From positions 7,453-71,452 of the forward strand of contig CALRCM010000001.1 in assembly GCA_943354555.1 (NCBI GenBank): a stretch of DNA of 64,000 nucleotides, written 5' to 3'. The notes beneath the pieces are model-generated. The model ran no database searches. It was given only the letters and a program-made list of their open reading frames with translations, and was not told the origin of the DNA. Below, piece by piece: positions 1 through 8,710 of the stretch. Positions within the stretch are counted from its first letter, which is position 1, and each line of letters starts with the position of its first letter. Both the position numbers and the translations under genes were made by a program. Source of the DNA: Candidatus Peribacteria bacterium. Lineage in GTDB: Bacteria > Patescibacteriota > Gracilibacteria > Peribacterales > Peribacteraceae.

Positions 1-1845
1 CGTTGGCAGACCAAATTCATGGGTACGCATTCCCTCTTGCCGTTTGCGATCTATCCGCAGCAATCCGCCCCGTTTCTTGAGATCAAGTCCATGAGACTGC
101 ATACGCACCGCTTCATCTTCATCGATGTCTTTCAGCATCAGCTTTCCAGCGCTCTCCATTTCCCGGATGAGCGCATCACCCTGCTCTGTCCGTGTGATCA
201 ACAGAGAGAATCCCTTGCCGCGCTCCTCGTAGACCGGTGCCCACGCATCGCCACCGGAGAGATCGGTGAATTCATTCGTCAGATCGTGACTGAGGAGAGA
301 ATTTTCCGTGATGTAAAAAGGAATGAGGTAGTTTGCATGGAACTTCGGCAACTTGATTGTGCGTCCATCCTTCAAAATTGCCTGCAGATACCCCGGCCAC
401 TCGCCCGCGCGGTACTGGAAATCCTTCACATCACTTTTCCGCGCGCCGAATTTTTTCAGGAAGGCATCGACCGATCCTCCTTCGAGTTCGTTGCCGAAAA
501 ATGGCCCGAAAATATAGCGGATGGCACGCACCGAAGGATGGTTCATCTGCTGGAGTCTGCGTATGGCAAAGACCTGATGCGGGAGGCCGATGTAGGCGAG
601 CGGTCCCTTCTCCTTTTCCAGCGATCCAAGGATCGTGTTCACCGGAGATACTGCGTACTTGCTCTGCGCTGATGCCAGTATTTCCTCTTTTGTACGCGCA
701 ATTGTGGGAATCGCGCGCCATGGATGATTCGGATCCATCTTGAGCACAACTGCACCTGTGATAGATCCTGTTTCCAGAAGATGAAGAAGTGTTCCTGTGA
801 GAATGCCACCGCTTGCAGCATTCCTGCGAACTTGTTCATCTGTGCAGTGCGCAATAGCGATACGTTTATATGTCCCGAGCAGCGCGCTTCGGGGATCGGG
901 TTTTCCAAAGATAGCAGTGTGCATCGCTGGATAATCCGGCTGCACTTCCGGTGATGCGTCATAACAGATGCGCGGGATGGGCCCACTATTTGTCGGCTTT
1001 GGAAGACACGTACCGTCAGGGTCATCCATCACTAATGTCCCCTGTGAAAGACCGATTGCCGTTCCGCACTGCATACTGAGGCCCGGTCGGATAATTTCCT
1101 CGTGGAGTTTGTTCCATACAGGATCCCGCTCTTCCGTTTTTTTCGCGACGAAGAAATGCCGGATGCCGAGGCGATTGGTTCCGATGTACCGCAGGAGGGA
1201 TTGTTGGAGAGCTTCGGCAACTCTCTTCAGCCAAGCCGGACCGACAGGAAGCAAAACAGTACCGCGGTGTTCGATGATGGTGAATCCACACTGACGCATT
1301 GTCTTTAGCACTTCTCCCACCTGCGGGAACCGGTGCGGTCCTTCGCCGTGGTTTTCACAGAAGCGTTCATAGAGCTTGAGTGGTTGCTCGGCCCAAGCTG
1401 GTGGGCACGAGAGGATCAGGGTTCCTCCGGCTCTGAGCACGCGATGGCATTCCAATAGAAAATGAAGCGGATCGGGAATGTGTTCGAGGGTTTCCAGAGA
1501 AACGACGACGTCTTTGGATGCATCCGGGTAGAGGAGATCGTGGAGGTCTGTCTGAGCGAAGGATTCCTGCGGATATTTTTTTTGTGCGAGTCCGATCATC
1601 ACCTCCGATGCCTCCAGATTTTCGATCTGTGCGTGCGGGCAGCACGCGCGAATGAAAGGAATCGCGTTTCCCGTCCGTGACCAGATATTCAGAATGGCGG
1701 ATGCATCTGCCGGCAGAAATTTCTGCATCGTCGTGAAGCGCTCGGTGTGCGTCCAGCCGAAGCCGCCGTTGATCCGGTCGTATTCCACTGCAACCTTGTC
1801 CCAATGTTCCCGAACCTGACCGATGGAAAACGGATTGCGTTGCAT
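1..1845 (-). CDS. Fusion protein: N-terminal class I SAM-dependent methyltransferase + C-terminal coenzyme F420 hydrogenase/dehydrogenase beta-subunit-like (FrhB/FdhB) domains; 3' end runs off the window
   Basis: Absent from the ORF track because it is open at the window edge. My translation of the minus strand from ATG 1845 is stop-free to position 1 (615 codons): MQRNPFSIGQVREHWDKVAVEYDRING..., MTase segment VVSLETLEHIPDPLHFLLECHRVLRAGGTLILS, then AASGGILTGTLLHLLETGSITGAVV...SAQSKYAVSPVN...YIGLPHQVFAIRRL (FrhB/FdhB-like). Every listed short ORF in 1-1924 is in another frame. Confidence 0.7.
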   Translation of the reverse strand, partial: MQRNPFSIGQVREHWDKVAVEYDRINGGFGWTHTERFTTMQKFLPADASAILNIWSRTGNAIPFIRACCPHAQIENLEASEVMIGLAQKKYPQESFAQTDLHDLLYPDASKDVVVSLETLEHIPDPLHFLLECHRVLRAGGTLILSCPPAWAEQPLKLYERFCENHGEGPHRFPQVGEVLKTMRQCGFTIIEHRGTVLLPVGPAWLKRVAEALQQSLLRYIGTNRLGIRHFFVAKKTEERDPVWNKLHEEIIRPGLSMQCGTAIGLSQGTLVMDDPDGTCLPKPTNSGPIPRICYDASPEVQPDYPAMHTAIFGKPDPRSALLGTYKRIAIAHCTDEQVRRNAASGGILTGTLLHLLETGSITGAVVLKMDPNHPWRAIPTIARTKEEILASAQSKYAVSPVNTILGSLEKEKGPLAYIGLPHQVFAIRRLQQMNHPSVRAIRYIFGPFFGNELEGGSVDAFLKKFGARKSDVKDFQYRAGEWPGYLQAILKDGRTIKLPKFHANYLIPFYITENSLLSHDLTNEFTDLSGGDAWAPVYEERGKGFSLLITRTEQGDALIREMESAGKLMLKDIDEDEAVRMQSHGLDLKKRGGLLRIDRKRQEGMRTHEFGLPT

Positions 1846-1871
1846 GGGGAGGGGGCTTCCTTAAAAGGGGA

Positions 1872-2771
1872 TCACACGGTTCGCTTGCCGATTTCCCGCC
1901 GGAGAGTCGCCACCTGATCCGCAAGAAGTCCGAAGAAGAAGATCATGCAGGTGAGTGACAGCAGTGCGACGCCGGCATCGGAGAAGTTCCGGTGCACGAT
2001 GAGTTCGTAACTTACTTCCACGATTGCCGTAACTGCCAAAACCACTGTTGCCGGCATGAAGATGCGCAGAGGGGAGAACAGCATGATGAGTCGCAAAATC
2101 AGCATGAAGGTTTTGACGGCATCGCGCGGACGGACAGTGCTTTTTCCTGTACGCTCCTTGATGTGGATCGGAACGAAGAGGACGTTCAATCCCTCCTTCA
2201 AAAAACAAACAGTGCTTGTTGTGGAAAAGGAAAAGCCGTTCGGAAAGAGATGCAGATAGGGCAGGACTTTTTCCCTGCGGAATGCGCGGAATCCCGAGTT
2301 AAAATCTGGGATCTTTGTCTCGGTCAGATAGTTGGCCACTACGCCGATGATGCGCTTGCCCGGCTGACGGACCAGAGGACCGCTGTATCCCTCTCGCTTG
2401 CCGATCACGAGATCGACATTGTCCTTCAGTGCCGGCAGAACCGCTGCCAGATTTTCCGGCGTGTGCTGGTTGTCGCTGTCGTAGGTGATCACCCATTCTG
2501 TTGTCGCTGCGCCGATGCCGGTTTTGAGTGCGGCGCCGTATCCCTTGTTGCGGATATGGGTAATGACGCGAACACCCTGGATGAGTGAAGCTTTGTCCCC
2601 CGTTCCATCCGTTGAGCCATCATCGATGACGATAATTTCGGCCTGCACATTCTGCTGATCCAGAAATGAGCGCAGGGTTGTAAGGACCGCGCCGATTCCC
2701 TCAGCTTCATTGAATGCCGGAATAATGATCGTCAGGTTCATAGCGTGGTTATTGTAGCGTAGATGGAACAT
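1872..2771 (-). CDS. Family 2 glycosyltransferase, polyprenyl-phosphate sugar synthase type (GtrB/DPM1-like) with C-terminal TM helices
   Basis: MNLTIIIPAFNEAEGIGAVL...IVIDDGSTDGT GT2 signature; hydrophobic C-terminus. The internal ATG at 2741 (MNLTII) is the more likely start. Confidence 0.8.
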   Translation of the reverse strand: MFHLRYNNHAMNLTIIIPAFNEAEGIGAVLTTLRSFLDQQNVQAEIIVIDDGSTDGTGDKASLIQGVRVITHIRNKGYGAALKTGIGAATTEWVITYDSDNQHTPENLAAVLPALKDNVDLVIGKREGYSGPLVRQPGKRIIGVVANYLTETKIPDFNSGFRAFRREKVLPYLHLFPNGFSFSTTSTVCFLKEGLNVLFVPIHIKERTGKSTVRPRDAVKTFMLILRLIMLFSPLRIFMPATVVLAVTAIVEVSYELIVHRNFSDAGVALLSLTCMIFFFGLLADQVATLRREIGKRTV

Positions 2772-3627
2772 GTATATTCCTCTTTACACCCCGTATCCAG
2801 TACCAACCGCCGATAATCGCGAGAATTATGAGTTGCAGGAGCATCATGGTGGAGAGGGCGACAACGTGTTCCGCTTCCACTCCGTACGGAATGAGAATGG
2901 CGAGTAAAGCGGCTTCCCGGGTTCCAAGACCTGAGGGGGAGATAGGGAGTGCGTTGAGGATGCTTGCTGCGGTGAGCGCGGCGAAAAGTACGGGTACGGG
3001 AGTGGTGATGCCCAGGCTTCGTGCAATCCAGATTGCCCAGAGAAAGTGCAGTATCCATGCGACAAGAGTGGAGAGCAGTACTCTGGAAAGAGCACGATGA
3101 CTCATGCAGTAACGGATCGCCGCCGCGAATCCGGACCAAAATCGTGCAATCAGTGCGAGACCGAAGACGATGGCAATCGTTGCGAGCAGCCCGATCCAAA
3201 GCCCCTGTGTCTGCGAAAGAATTACTGCACTCAAAGCCGCAAGCGGCAGAAGAACGATGACATCCGCGATGCGTTCTATGACGACGAGCAGTGCGCCGGT
3301 TTTTGCTCCCACCCCGTCTTTCTTAAGATAGGTGATCTTGCCGAAGTCTCCGAGCTTCGCCGGCGTAAAGGTCGAGAGAAAAACGCCGATCATAAATTCC
3401 CGCCACGAGAGCATCCAGCGGCGCTTTGCGCCTGCGGCTTGCGCGAGCATGTGCCATCGCCATGCTTTCGTTGCAAGCACAGCAAAGAGCACACTGAGTC
3501 CTGCACATAACAAGAGAACATCAGCTTGTCGGTAGTATCCGAAAACGGCTCGGATATCGATGCGTGTCAAAATCCCCACAAAGAGGAAGATGCCGATGCA
3601 TTTCAGCAACACGCTGAATCGACGCAT
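2749..3627 (-). CDS. Flippase-like / lysylphosphatidylglycerol-synthase TM-region family (UPF0104) membrane protein
   Basis: 292-aa polytopic protein (MRRFSVLLKCIGIFLFVGILTRIDIR...). Its partnership with a GT2 immediately downstream is typical of this family. Confidence 0.6.
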   Translation of the reverse strand: MRRFSVLLKCIGIFLFVGILTRIDIRAVFGYYRQADVLLLCAGLSVLFAVLATKAWRWHMLAQAAGAKRRWMLSWREFMIGVFLSTFTPAKLGDFGKITYLKKDGVGAKTGALLVVIERIADVIVLLPLAALSAVILSQTQGLWIGLLATIAIVFGLALIARFWSGFAAAIRYCMSHRALSRVLLSTLVAWILHFLWAIWIARSLGITTPVPVLFAALTAASILNALPISPSGLGTREAALLAILIPYGVEAEHVVALSTMMLLQLIILAIIGGWYWIRGVKRNIHVPSTLQ

Positions 3628-3670
3628 AAGGAAAGAGTAGCACGGCCTGCATCATGCGACGTTTACTGGT

Positions 3671-5317
3671 ATGCTTCTTTCTGTGTTTTTCATCAAGCGC
3701 ACGCATCCTTGGCCGCAAGCAGTACATGTTCTTCTTCTCGTCGTTTTTGCGGCTGCAATGGTCGGTGTCTGGATGCTTCCATCGCTCTTCGCCGGATATC
3801 CGTATGTCATTTCCGGGATGATCCCCCGTGTACGGGATTATGTGACAAGCGGCGTGATCACCATCGACAGCATGCGTCTGGAGACGGTTATTCTCGGGTT
3901 CCTGTATCCGCTCGTCGGTTTTAAAAATATCCTCGGATGGACTGCCGTCAGCGCAGCAGCATTCGCAGCCGCGCTTATTCCTTGGTGGTTTTTTGTTCGC
4001 AGGCTCTTCGATGTGCGCATTGCGTGGGTATCGACGGTCATCATGAGTTTTATGCCGATGTATTGGGTGGAGGCCGTGCGGCTTGAAGGCTATCCCTTCG
4101 CGTTCTTTTTTCTCTTCCTGAGTTTTGCGACATTCCTTCGATGCTATCCGAGGCATCCATTTATTGCGTGTATACTTTCAGGTCTCTGCTTTGGTGCGGT
4201 GATCGCCTCACGTGATGCATTTCTGATTTTGCTTCCGTGGATGGTGCCGGCGTACATCTGGCATCACCGGTCTCGCTGGATGCGGTCTATGGTGCATGCA
4301 GGTATGTATTGTGCATGTGCCTACCTTGCATTTGTGTTGCCGCTTCTGCCGAATGCTCTTCAGGATGGCATGACCCCCTTGCAGCGTGTTGCGGTTTTTC
4401 TTCCTTCGCTTGAGCATCGCACTCCCGGGGAAGGCCATCTCTATCCGGATCAGTATGCATATGAGTTTCTCCGTGAGGAATTTGATCAGCGCATTGTGGA
4501 TCGCGTCGAGAGCTCCTCTTTCCTTGTCCGGCAGCAGGATGAAAATTACCGGTACATTTTTGGTGTAGGGGATATCAGTCTGACGCGCATTCTTATCAGT
4601 GGAGCGTGGCTGACCGTCAACGCACTACCAGAATTCTTTCTGCTCGATACCGTCGGAGGAATCTTCCTGTGGCTCTTCATCATCCCCGGCATGGTGTACT
4701 GCTTCCGCAATCGGCGATGGGTTTTTGTGGAGTGGGTCGGCCTCTGGCTCTCATCGGAATTTCTCCTCAGATTTATTCTGCACTTCAGCCGTTCGCATCT
4801 CACAGATATCGGATGGGCTCTTCCACTCTTTGCCGCGCTGGGCATTGCTGTGATTGCGGAGACAGCAGCGAAAAATAGCAAAGCGCTTTCGGCAGTTGCC
4901 GTGATGGCATGCATGACTGTGGTTGTTGCCGCGCAGATGCTTGAGGCCAACCGCAAACAATTCGCCTTCTTCTACTCCCGCTCCTCTGTTCCTGAGATCT
5001 ATGCGGCTGCACAAGCTCTCGAAGAAATTCCCGAAACAGCTGTTGTCGCAAACCCACGAAGATCCGAACTATTTTCTCTTTCGGATCGTATGCCGGTGAC
5101 GCTTCATCCGGATACGATTGATATGCTCCAGAGTCAGGGAAGAGTGGGGGAAGCGCTGAAGTATTATGGAGTTACGCACATTATCGGATATGACGATGCC
5201 CATGCGAAAATCATCAAACGGGTGGATCCCCGCATCGAGATTGTTACAATTCCAGATTCTGCATTTAAGGTCACTGTGACGCCGCTGATGCAGTATATTT
5301 TGCATCAGATACGGTAG
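3671..5317 (+). CDS. GT-C fold membrane glycosyltransferase-like protein (PMT/ArnT, GT39/83-like) with soluble C-terminal domain
   Basis: 548 aa, about 10 N-terminal TM segments, divergent from the GT2/flippase pair. No enzymatic motif firmly recognised. Confidence 0.5.
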   Translation: MLLSVFFIKRTHPWPQAVHVLLLVVFAAAMVGVWMLPSLFAGYPYVISGMIPRVRDYVTSGVITIDSMRLETVILGFLYPLVGFKNILGWTAVSAAAFAAALIPWWFFVRRLFDVRIAWVSTVIMSFMPMYWVEAVRLEGYPFAFFFLFLSFATFLRCYPRHPFIACILSGLCFGAVIASRDAFLILLPWMVPAYIWHHRSRWMRSMVHAGMYCACAYLAFVLPLLPNALQDGMTPLQRVAVFLPSLEHRTPGEGHLYPDQYAYEFLREEFDQRIVDRVESSSFLVRQQDENYRYIFGVGDISLTRILISGAWLTVNALPEFFLLDTVGGIFLWLFIIPGMVYCFRNRRWVFVEWVGLWLSSEFLLRFILHFSRSHLTDIGWALPLFAALGIAVIAETAAKNSKALSAVAVMACMTVVVAAQMLEANRKQFAFFYSRSSVPEIYAAAQALEEIPETAVVANPRRSELFSLSDRMPVTLHPDTIDMLQSQGRVGEALKYYGVTHIIGYDDAHAKIIKRVDPRIEIVTIPDSAFKVTVTPLMQYILHQIR

Positions 5318-5327
5318 ATTGCATGGG

Positions 5328-5439
5328 AAGATACAAGATGCAAGATACAAAAAAGATACAAAAACCAAGGCGTAAAACATCCACAGAGTTTTTGGATATT
5401 GGAGTTTAGGATTTATTTGTATCTTGCATCTTGTATCTT
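5328..5439. repeat. Perfect 24-bp inverted repeat (AAGATACAAGATGCAAGATACAAA / TTTGTATCTTGCATCTTGTATCTT) with 64-nt spacer
   Basis: Arms at 5328-5351 and 5416-5439, read directly. Lies between convergent genes. The right arm encodes the last 8 codons (KIQDARYK) of the GT4 gene. Confidence 0.9.
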
Positions 5440-6663
5440 TGAATGAGCCTCGAAGAGCTTTAGGTATGCATCCACCTGCCTCTCCACAGAAAAATCCTTT
5501 TGGACACGTTTCCTCCCCACTTCCCCCATTTTTTTTGCCTGATCGGGATTCTGTAAAAGTGCAATGAGTGCATTGCTGAATTCCATAGTACCCCGTGGGT
5601 TCACAATGATTCCCGTCGTTCCATCCGCCACAACTTCCGGCGTTCCACCGAAGCAGGTGCCAACCACGGGTTTTCCGGCAGCCATCGCTTCCAGATTTAC
5701 CGTCGGAAAATTATCGAGATACAGAGATGGAGTGGTGACGACGTCGCATGCGAAGTAGCTCAGACGCGTTTGTTCCCGCGAGATCCAGCCTGTCGGTACA
5801 ACGGCTTTGCGTACGCGCTCCGTAGCAAATGCGAGATGCGGGAGGAGATGTTCCATTTCTCCATTCACTATGAATTGTGCGCTGGGAATTGCGTCAAGAA
5901 CACGATCAGCCGCAGCGAGCAGTGCACGGATTCCCTTGTCCTCGCGTACACGTCCGACAAAAAGGACAGCAGGTCCGGAAATGCCGTATTTTCCTTTGAA
6001 ATCCAGAATTGCCTCTTGTGATGGAACATCCCAATGTTCGATGCCGTTCGGAATAGTTGCGGCAACCGTGATCCTATTCATCCGGAGAAACGAGGCGACG
6101 GCACTGCTGATGGCAACCACTCCGGTTCCGGATTTCGCAAGAATGCGCCGGGTGGTACGGTTCCTCAGCGGCCAGTATTTGCGGCCGGCTTCTCCGATGT
6201 GATCCCACCAGTGCATCTGCAAAGGCACTCCTTTCATCGCAGCCTCTTCGTATTGCAGTCCACGTACGCGTCCGTACGAAACAAGCAGCGTGTCATGGGC
6301 GGTCAGAAGAATTTTTTTCGTATGACGTGCAGCGATCTCTAGACTTTCGTAGGTGATGTGATGATGCACGTTATGCGCATGTACCGCGTCCGGTTTCCAT
6401 TCTTCGAATACCTGCGAAAGCATCTTGCGCATTGCAGGGTCACCCAGACAATGACGATGCTGCTTGCTCAGCGGATAGGAGCTCAAGAGGCTGATCATTC
6501 CCTGGCTACGCACGATGTTTCCTAAAGATGCATCCTGATGTGTGGTGATCAGAAGCGTTTCATGGCCACGCTCGCGGTACCCCTGCTGCAGTTTATCGAC
6601 AATAACAGCGGCGCCACCGCGGGCTGTGGGGAGTGCGTCGTCATTGAGCAGGGCGATGCGCAT
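5413..6663 (-). CDS. Family 4 (GT-B, group 1) glycosyltransferase
   Basis: MRIALLNDDALPTARGGAAVIV... N-terminus and FVGRVREDKGIRALL...E(x7)E-type C-terminal domain. Start set at internal ATG 6663; the track ORF extends to 6759. Confidence 0.8.
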   Translation of the reverse strand: MRIALLNDDALPTARGGAAVIVDKLQQGYRERGHETLLITTHQDASLGNIVRSQGMISLLSSYPLSKQHRHCLGDPAMRKMLSQVFEEWKPDAVHAHNVHHHITYESLEIAARHTKKILLTAHDTLLVSYGRVRGLQYEEAAMKGVPLQMHWWDHIGEAGRKYWPLRNRTTRRILAKSGTGVVAISSAVASFLRMNRITVAATIPNGIEHWDVPSQEAILDFKGKYGISGPAVLFVGRVREDKGIRALLAAADRVLDAIPSAQFIVNGEMEHLLPHLAFATERVRKAVVPTGWISREQTRLSYFACDVVTTPSLYLDNFPTVNLEAMAAGKPVVGTCFGGTPEVVADGTTGIIVNPRGTMEFSNALIALLQNPDQAKKMGEVGRKRVQKDFSVERQVDAYLKLFEAHSKIQDARYK

Positions 6664-6775
6664 GCGGGAAGTATGCATTCCCGCTGGAGATTTCCATAGA
6701 GAGACCTCGTCAACATTGCATTCTTCCCTCAAGAAACCGGTTTCCATGGGAACCGGCATTCGCTACTGTTTCTGC

Positions 6776-8593
6776 ATGGCACCGAAGGAGCAGCCTATTA
6801 TCCGGCAGGTATTCGAACTCTTGCGACGGATCGGCATTCCGCCGTCCTATCTGGCTTTCCCTGTATGTCTTTCGCTGTGTACAGCGGTAGCCGAGGGTGC
6901 GAGCATGAGTCTGCTCATTCCTCTGCTGAACGGATTTCTGCAGAGAAACTTTGCATTTGCAAAAGAAGTGCCAGTACTTGGTTCCATCATTGAAAAGTTG
7001 CCACCGGAGGTACTCGCCAACGATCGCATGCTGTTTGCGGTGATCCTTGGCGGGTTTATCACGCTTTTTCTCACCAAGAATGTTCTGCGCTACAGCACTG
7101 TTCTCAGCATTGCGTACTTTTCCGAGCGCGCGCTACACCATCTCCGCAAGGCGCTGTTTACCCGTTACCTAAGCTTCGGGAAACTCTTCTTCGACCGCAC
7201 AAATGTAGGACACCACAGCACGTTGCTTCTGGAATTCGCCCATCTCGCGCTGCGTCCTGTACAAACGATCGATAAATACATGAACTCCATGTTCTCGCTT
7301 GCGGCGTATTTTATCGTGATGATCTCCATTTCCTGGAGACTGACTCTCGTCGCCTTGCCACTCTTTGTCGTGCTGCACTTCACAGTCAGAACCATGATCG
7401 TTTCCATTAAAAAACTTTCCTATGGCATTGCCGAAAGGGGCAGCGCGCTCGGTAAGAAGTCCGTGGAGATTCTTTCCACTATTCCTCTCGTAAAATCCTC
7501 ACGGATGGAACGAGAGGAGCAGGATAACTACACGGCGATCAGCAACGGCAAATCCCGCATGGATTTCCGTGCCCGTGCGCTGCAGGAGATGATTCTGCCT
7601 TTACAGGAGATCATCACCATCACCGCTGTTGCCATCATCTTTTTCGGAGCGCTCTACCTCTTCGGCAGGGACCGCGTGGCGTCGAGCTCTGCGATCATGG
7701 TGTATTTCTATATCGTCATGAATGCTTCCAGTAAGTTTGGTACTCTCTCGGGATTCCGCGGGACACTGGCTGCTGCTACGGGCCCACTCAGTGAAGTCCG
7801 CCGTATCTTTACGGAAGAAGGGAAGTTCTTCGTGCGCGGGGGATCGAAGCACTTTGCGGGGATCGGCAGCGAGATTGCCTGCAAGGATCTCTCATTCTCC
7901 TACGACGATGACCGCACAGTTCTCCAGAACGTTTCCTTCATTCTGGCAAAGGGCGCGATGACGGCTATTGTCGGGCCAACGGGGGCCGGCAAAAGCACGC
8001 TCATCAATCTTTTCATGCGCTACTACGACTGTGCGCCAAAGTCGATTTTCGTTGATGGAACGGATATCCGTGAATTCACACTGGAGTCGTATCTGGAACA
8101 TGTTGCTCTGGTTAGTCAGGAGACTCTTCTATTGCACGACAGTCTCCGCAGTAACATCCTCTACGGAATCAGAAGGGAAGTTGCTGATGCGGAACTCCAG
8201 CGCGTGCTGGAGCAGGCGCGTCTGACGGAATTCGTCGGCAAGCTTACACAGGGCGTCGACACACTCATTGGCGACCGTGGTGTTCGCCTCAGCGGGGGGG
8301 AGAAGCAACGTGTGTCCATTGCCAGAGCCCTTCTCAAGGGTGCCGATATCCTTATTCTCGACGAAGCGACAAGCTCTCTCGACTCGGAAACAGAGAAGCT
8401 TATTCAGGAAGCTATCGATGAGGCCGTGCAGGGGCGTACATCCATTGTCATCGCTCATCGCCTGAGCACTATCCGTAATGCGGATAAGATCGTCGTCGTG
8501 GAAGATGGTTCCATTGCCGAAGAAGGCGATCTGGAGACGCTGCTGCAGAACAAAGGAGCATTCTTCAGGTTGTGGGAGCAGCAGAAGTTTTGA
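6776..8593 (+). CDS. ABC transporter, fused permease/ATPase (MsbA/PglK-like exporter)
   Basis: Six-TM N-terminal half; Walker A GPTGAGKST, signature LSGGEKQRVSIARAL, Walker B ILILDEATSSLD. Start set at ATG 6776 (MAPKEQPIIRQ); the track ORF starts at 6542 and overlaps the divergent gene. Confidence 0.85.
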   Translation: MAPKEQPIIRQVFELLRRIGIPPSYLAFPVCLSLCTAVAEGASMSLLIPLLNGFLQRNFAFAKEVPVLGSIIEKLPPEVLANDRMLFAVILGGFITLFLTKNVLRYSTVLSIAYFSERALHHLRKALFTRYLSFGKLFFDRTNVGHHSTLLLEFAHLALRPVQTIDKYMNSMFSLAAYFIVMISISWRLTLVALPLFVVLHFTVRTMIVSIKKLSYGIAERGSALGKKSVEILSTIPLVKSSRMEREEQDNYTAISNGKSRMDFRARALQEMILPLQEIITITAVAIIFFGALYLFGRDRVASSSAIMVYFYIVMNASSKFGTLSGFRGTLAAATGPLSEVRRIFTEEGKFFVRGGSKHFAGIGSEIACKDLSFSYDDDRTVLQNVSFILAKGAMTAIVGPTGAGKSTLINLFMRYYDCAPKSIFVDGTDIREFTLESYLEHVALVSQETLLLHDSLRSNILYGIRREVADAELQRVLEQARLTEFVGKLTQGVDTLIGDRGVRLSGGEKQRVSIARALLKGADILILDEATSSLDSETEKLIQEAIDEAVQGRTSIVIAHRLSTIRNADKIVVVEDGSIAEEGDLETLLQNKGAFFRLWEQQKF

Positions 8594-8607
8594 TGTGCAT
8601 AGCGTGT

Positions 8608-8702
8608 CGTGCTTCGATACGCGCCGCCGTGTCATGGTGAGTAGTCCTGAGCATAGCGAAGGACGTATCGAACCAGACATGCGGCGCTACTCAGCATGAC
8701 AC
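8608..8702. repeat. Family-1 palindromic intergenic element, copy A
   Basis: Arms GTGTCATGGTGAGTAG (8629-8644) and CTACTCAGCATGACAC (8687-8702) with core CCTGAGCATAGCGAAGGAC. By eye its reverse complement is about 80-85% identical to 16873-16970. Confidence 0.85.
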
Positions 8703-8710
8703 ATTGTTTT

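Noticed and set aside
19-1924. Track ORFs 19-672(+), 357-743(+), 431-721(-), 639-1025(-), 968-1294(+), 1022-1291(-), 1367-1924(-) and others
   Set aside because: All lie in frames other than the 615-codon stop-free minus frame (1-1845), which has clear methyltransferase and FrhB-like motifs. Their sequences are low-complexity or Arg/Ser-rich shadow translations.
6542-6775. 5' extensions of track ORFs (6542-, 15270-, 33149-, 32266-33525, 16985-18172, 5413-6759, 40941-, 59080-)
   Set aside because: The extensions overlap divergent neighbours or hairpin elements and often begin at non-ATG codons. Internal ATGs coincide with the conserved family N-termini.
8478-8699. Small ORFs reading through family-1 repeats (8478-8699, 16738-17037, 12178-12651, 41459-41662) that give SPEHSEGRIE, SPELVEGRIE, LRQAQG and FDKLRVT peptides
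   Set aside because: These strings are translations of palindromic intergenic repeats. They appear in both orientations and different frames at each copy.
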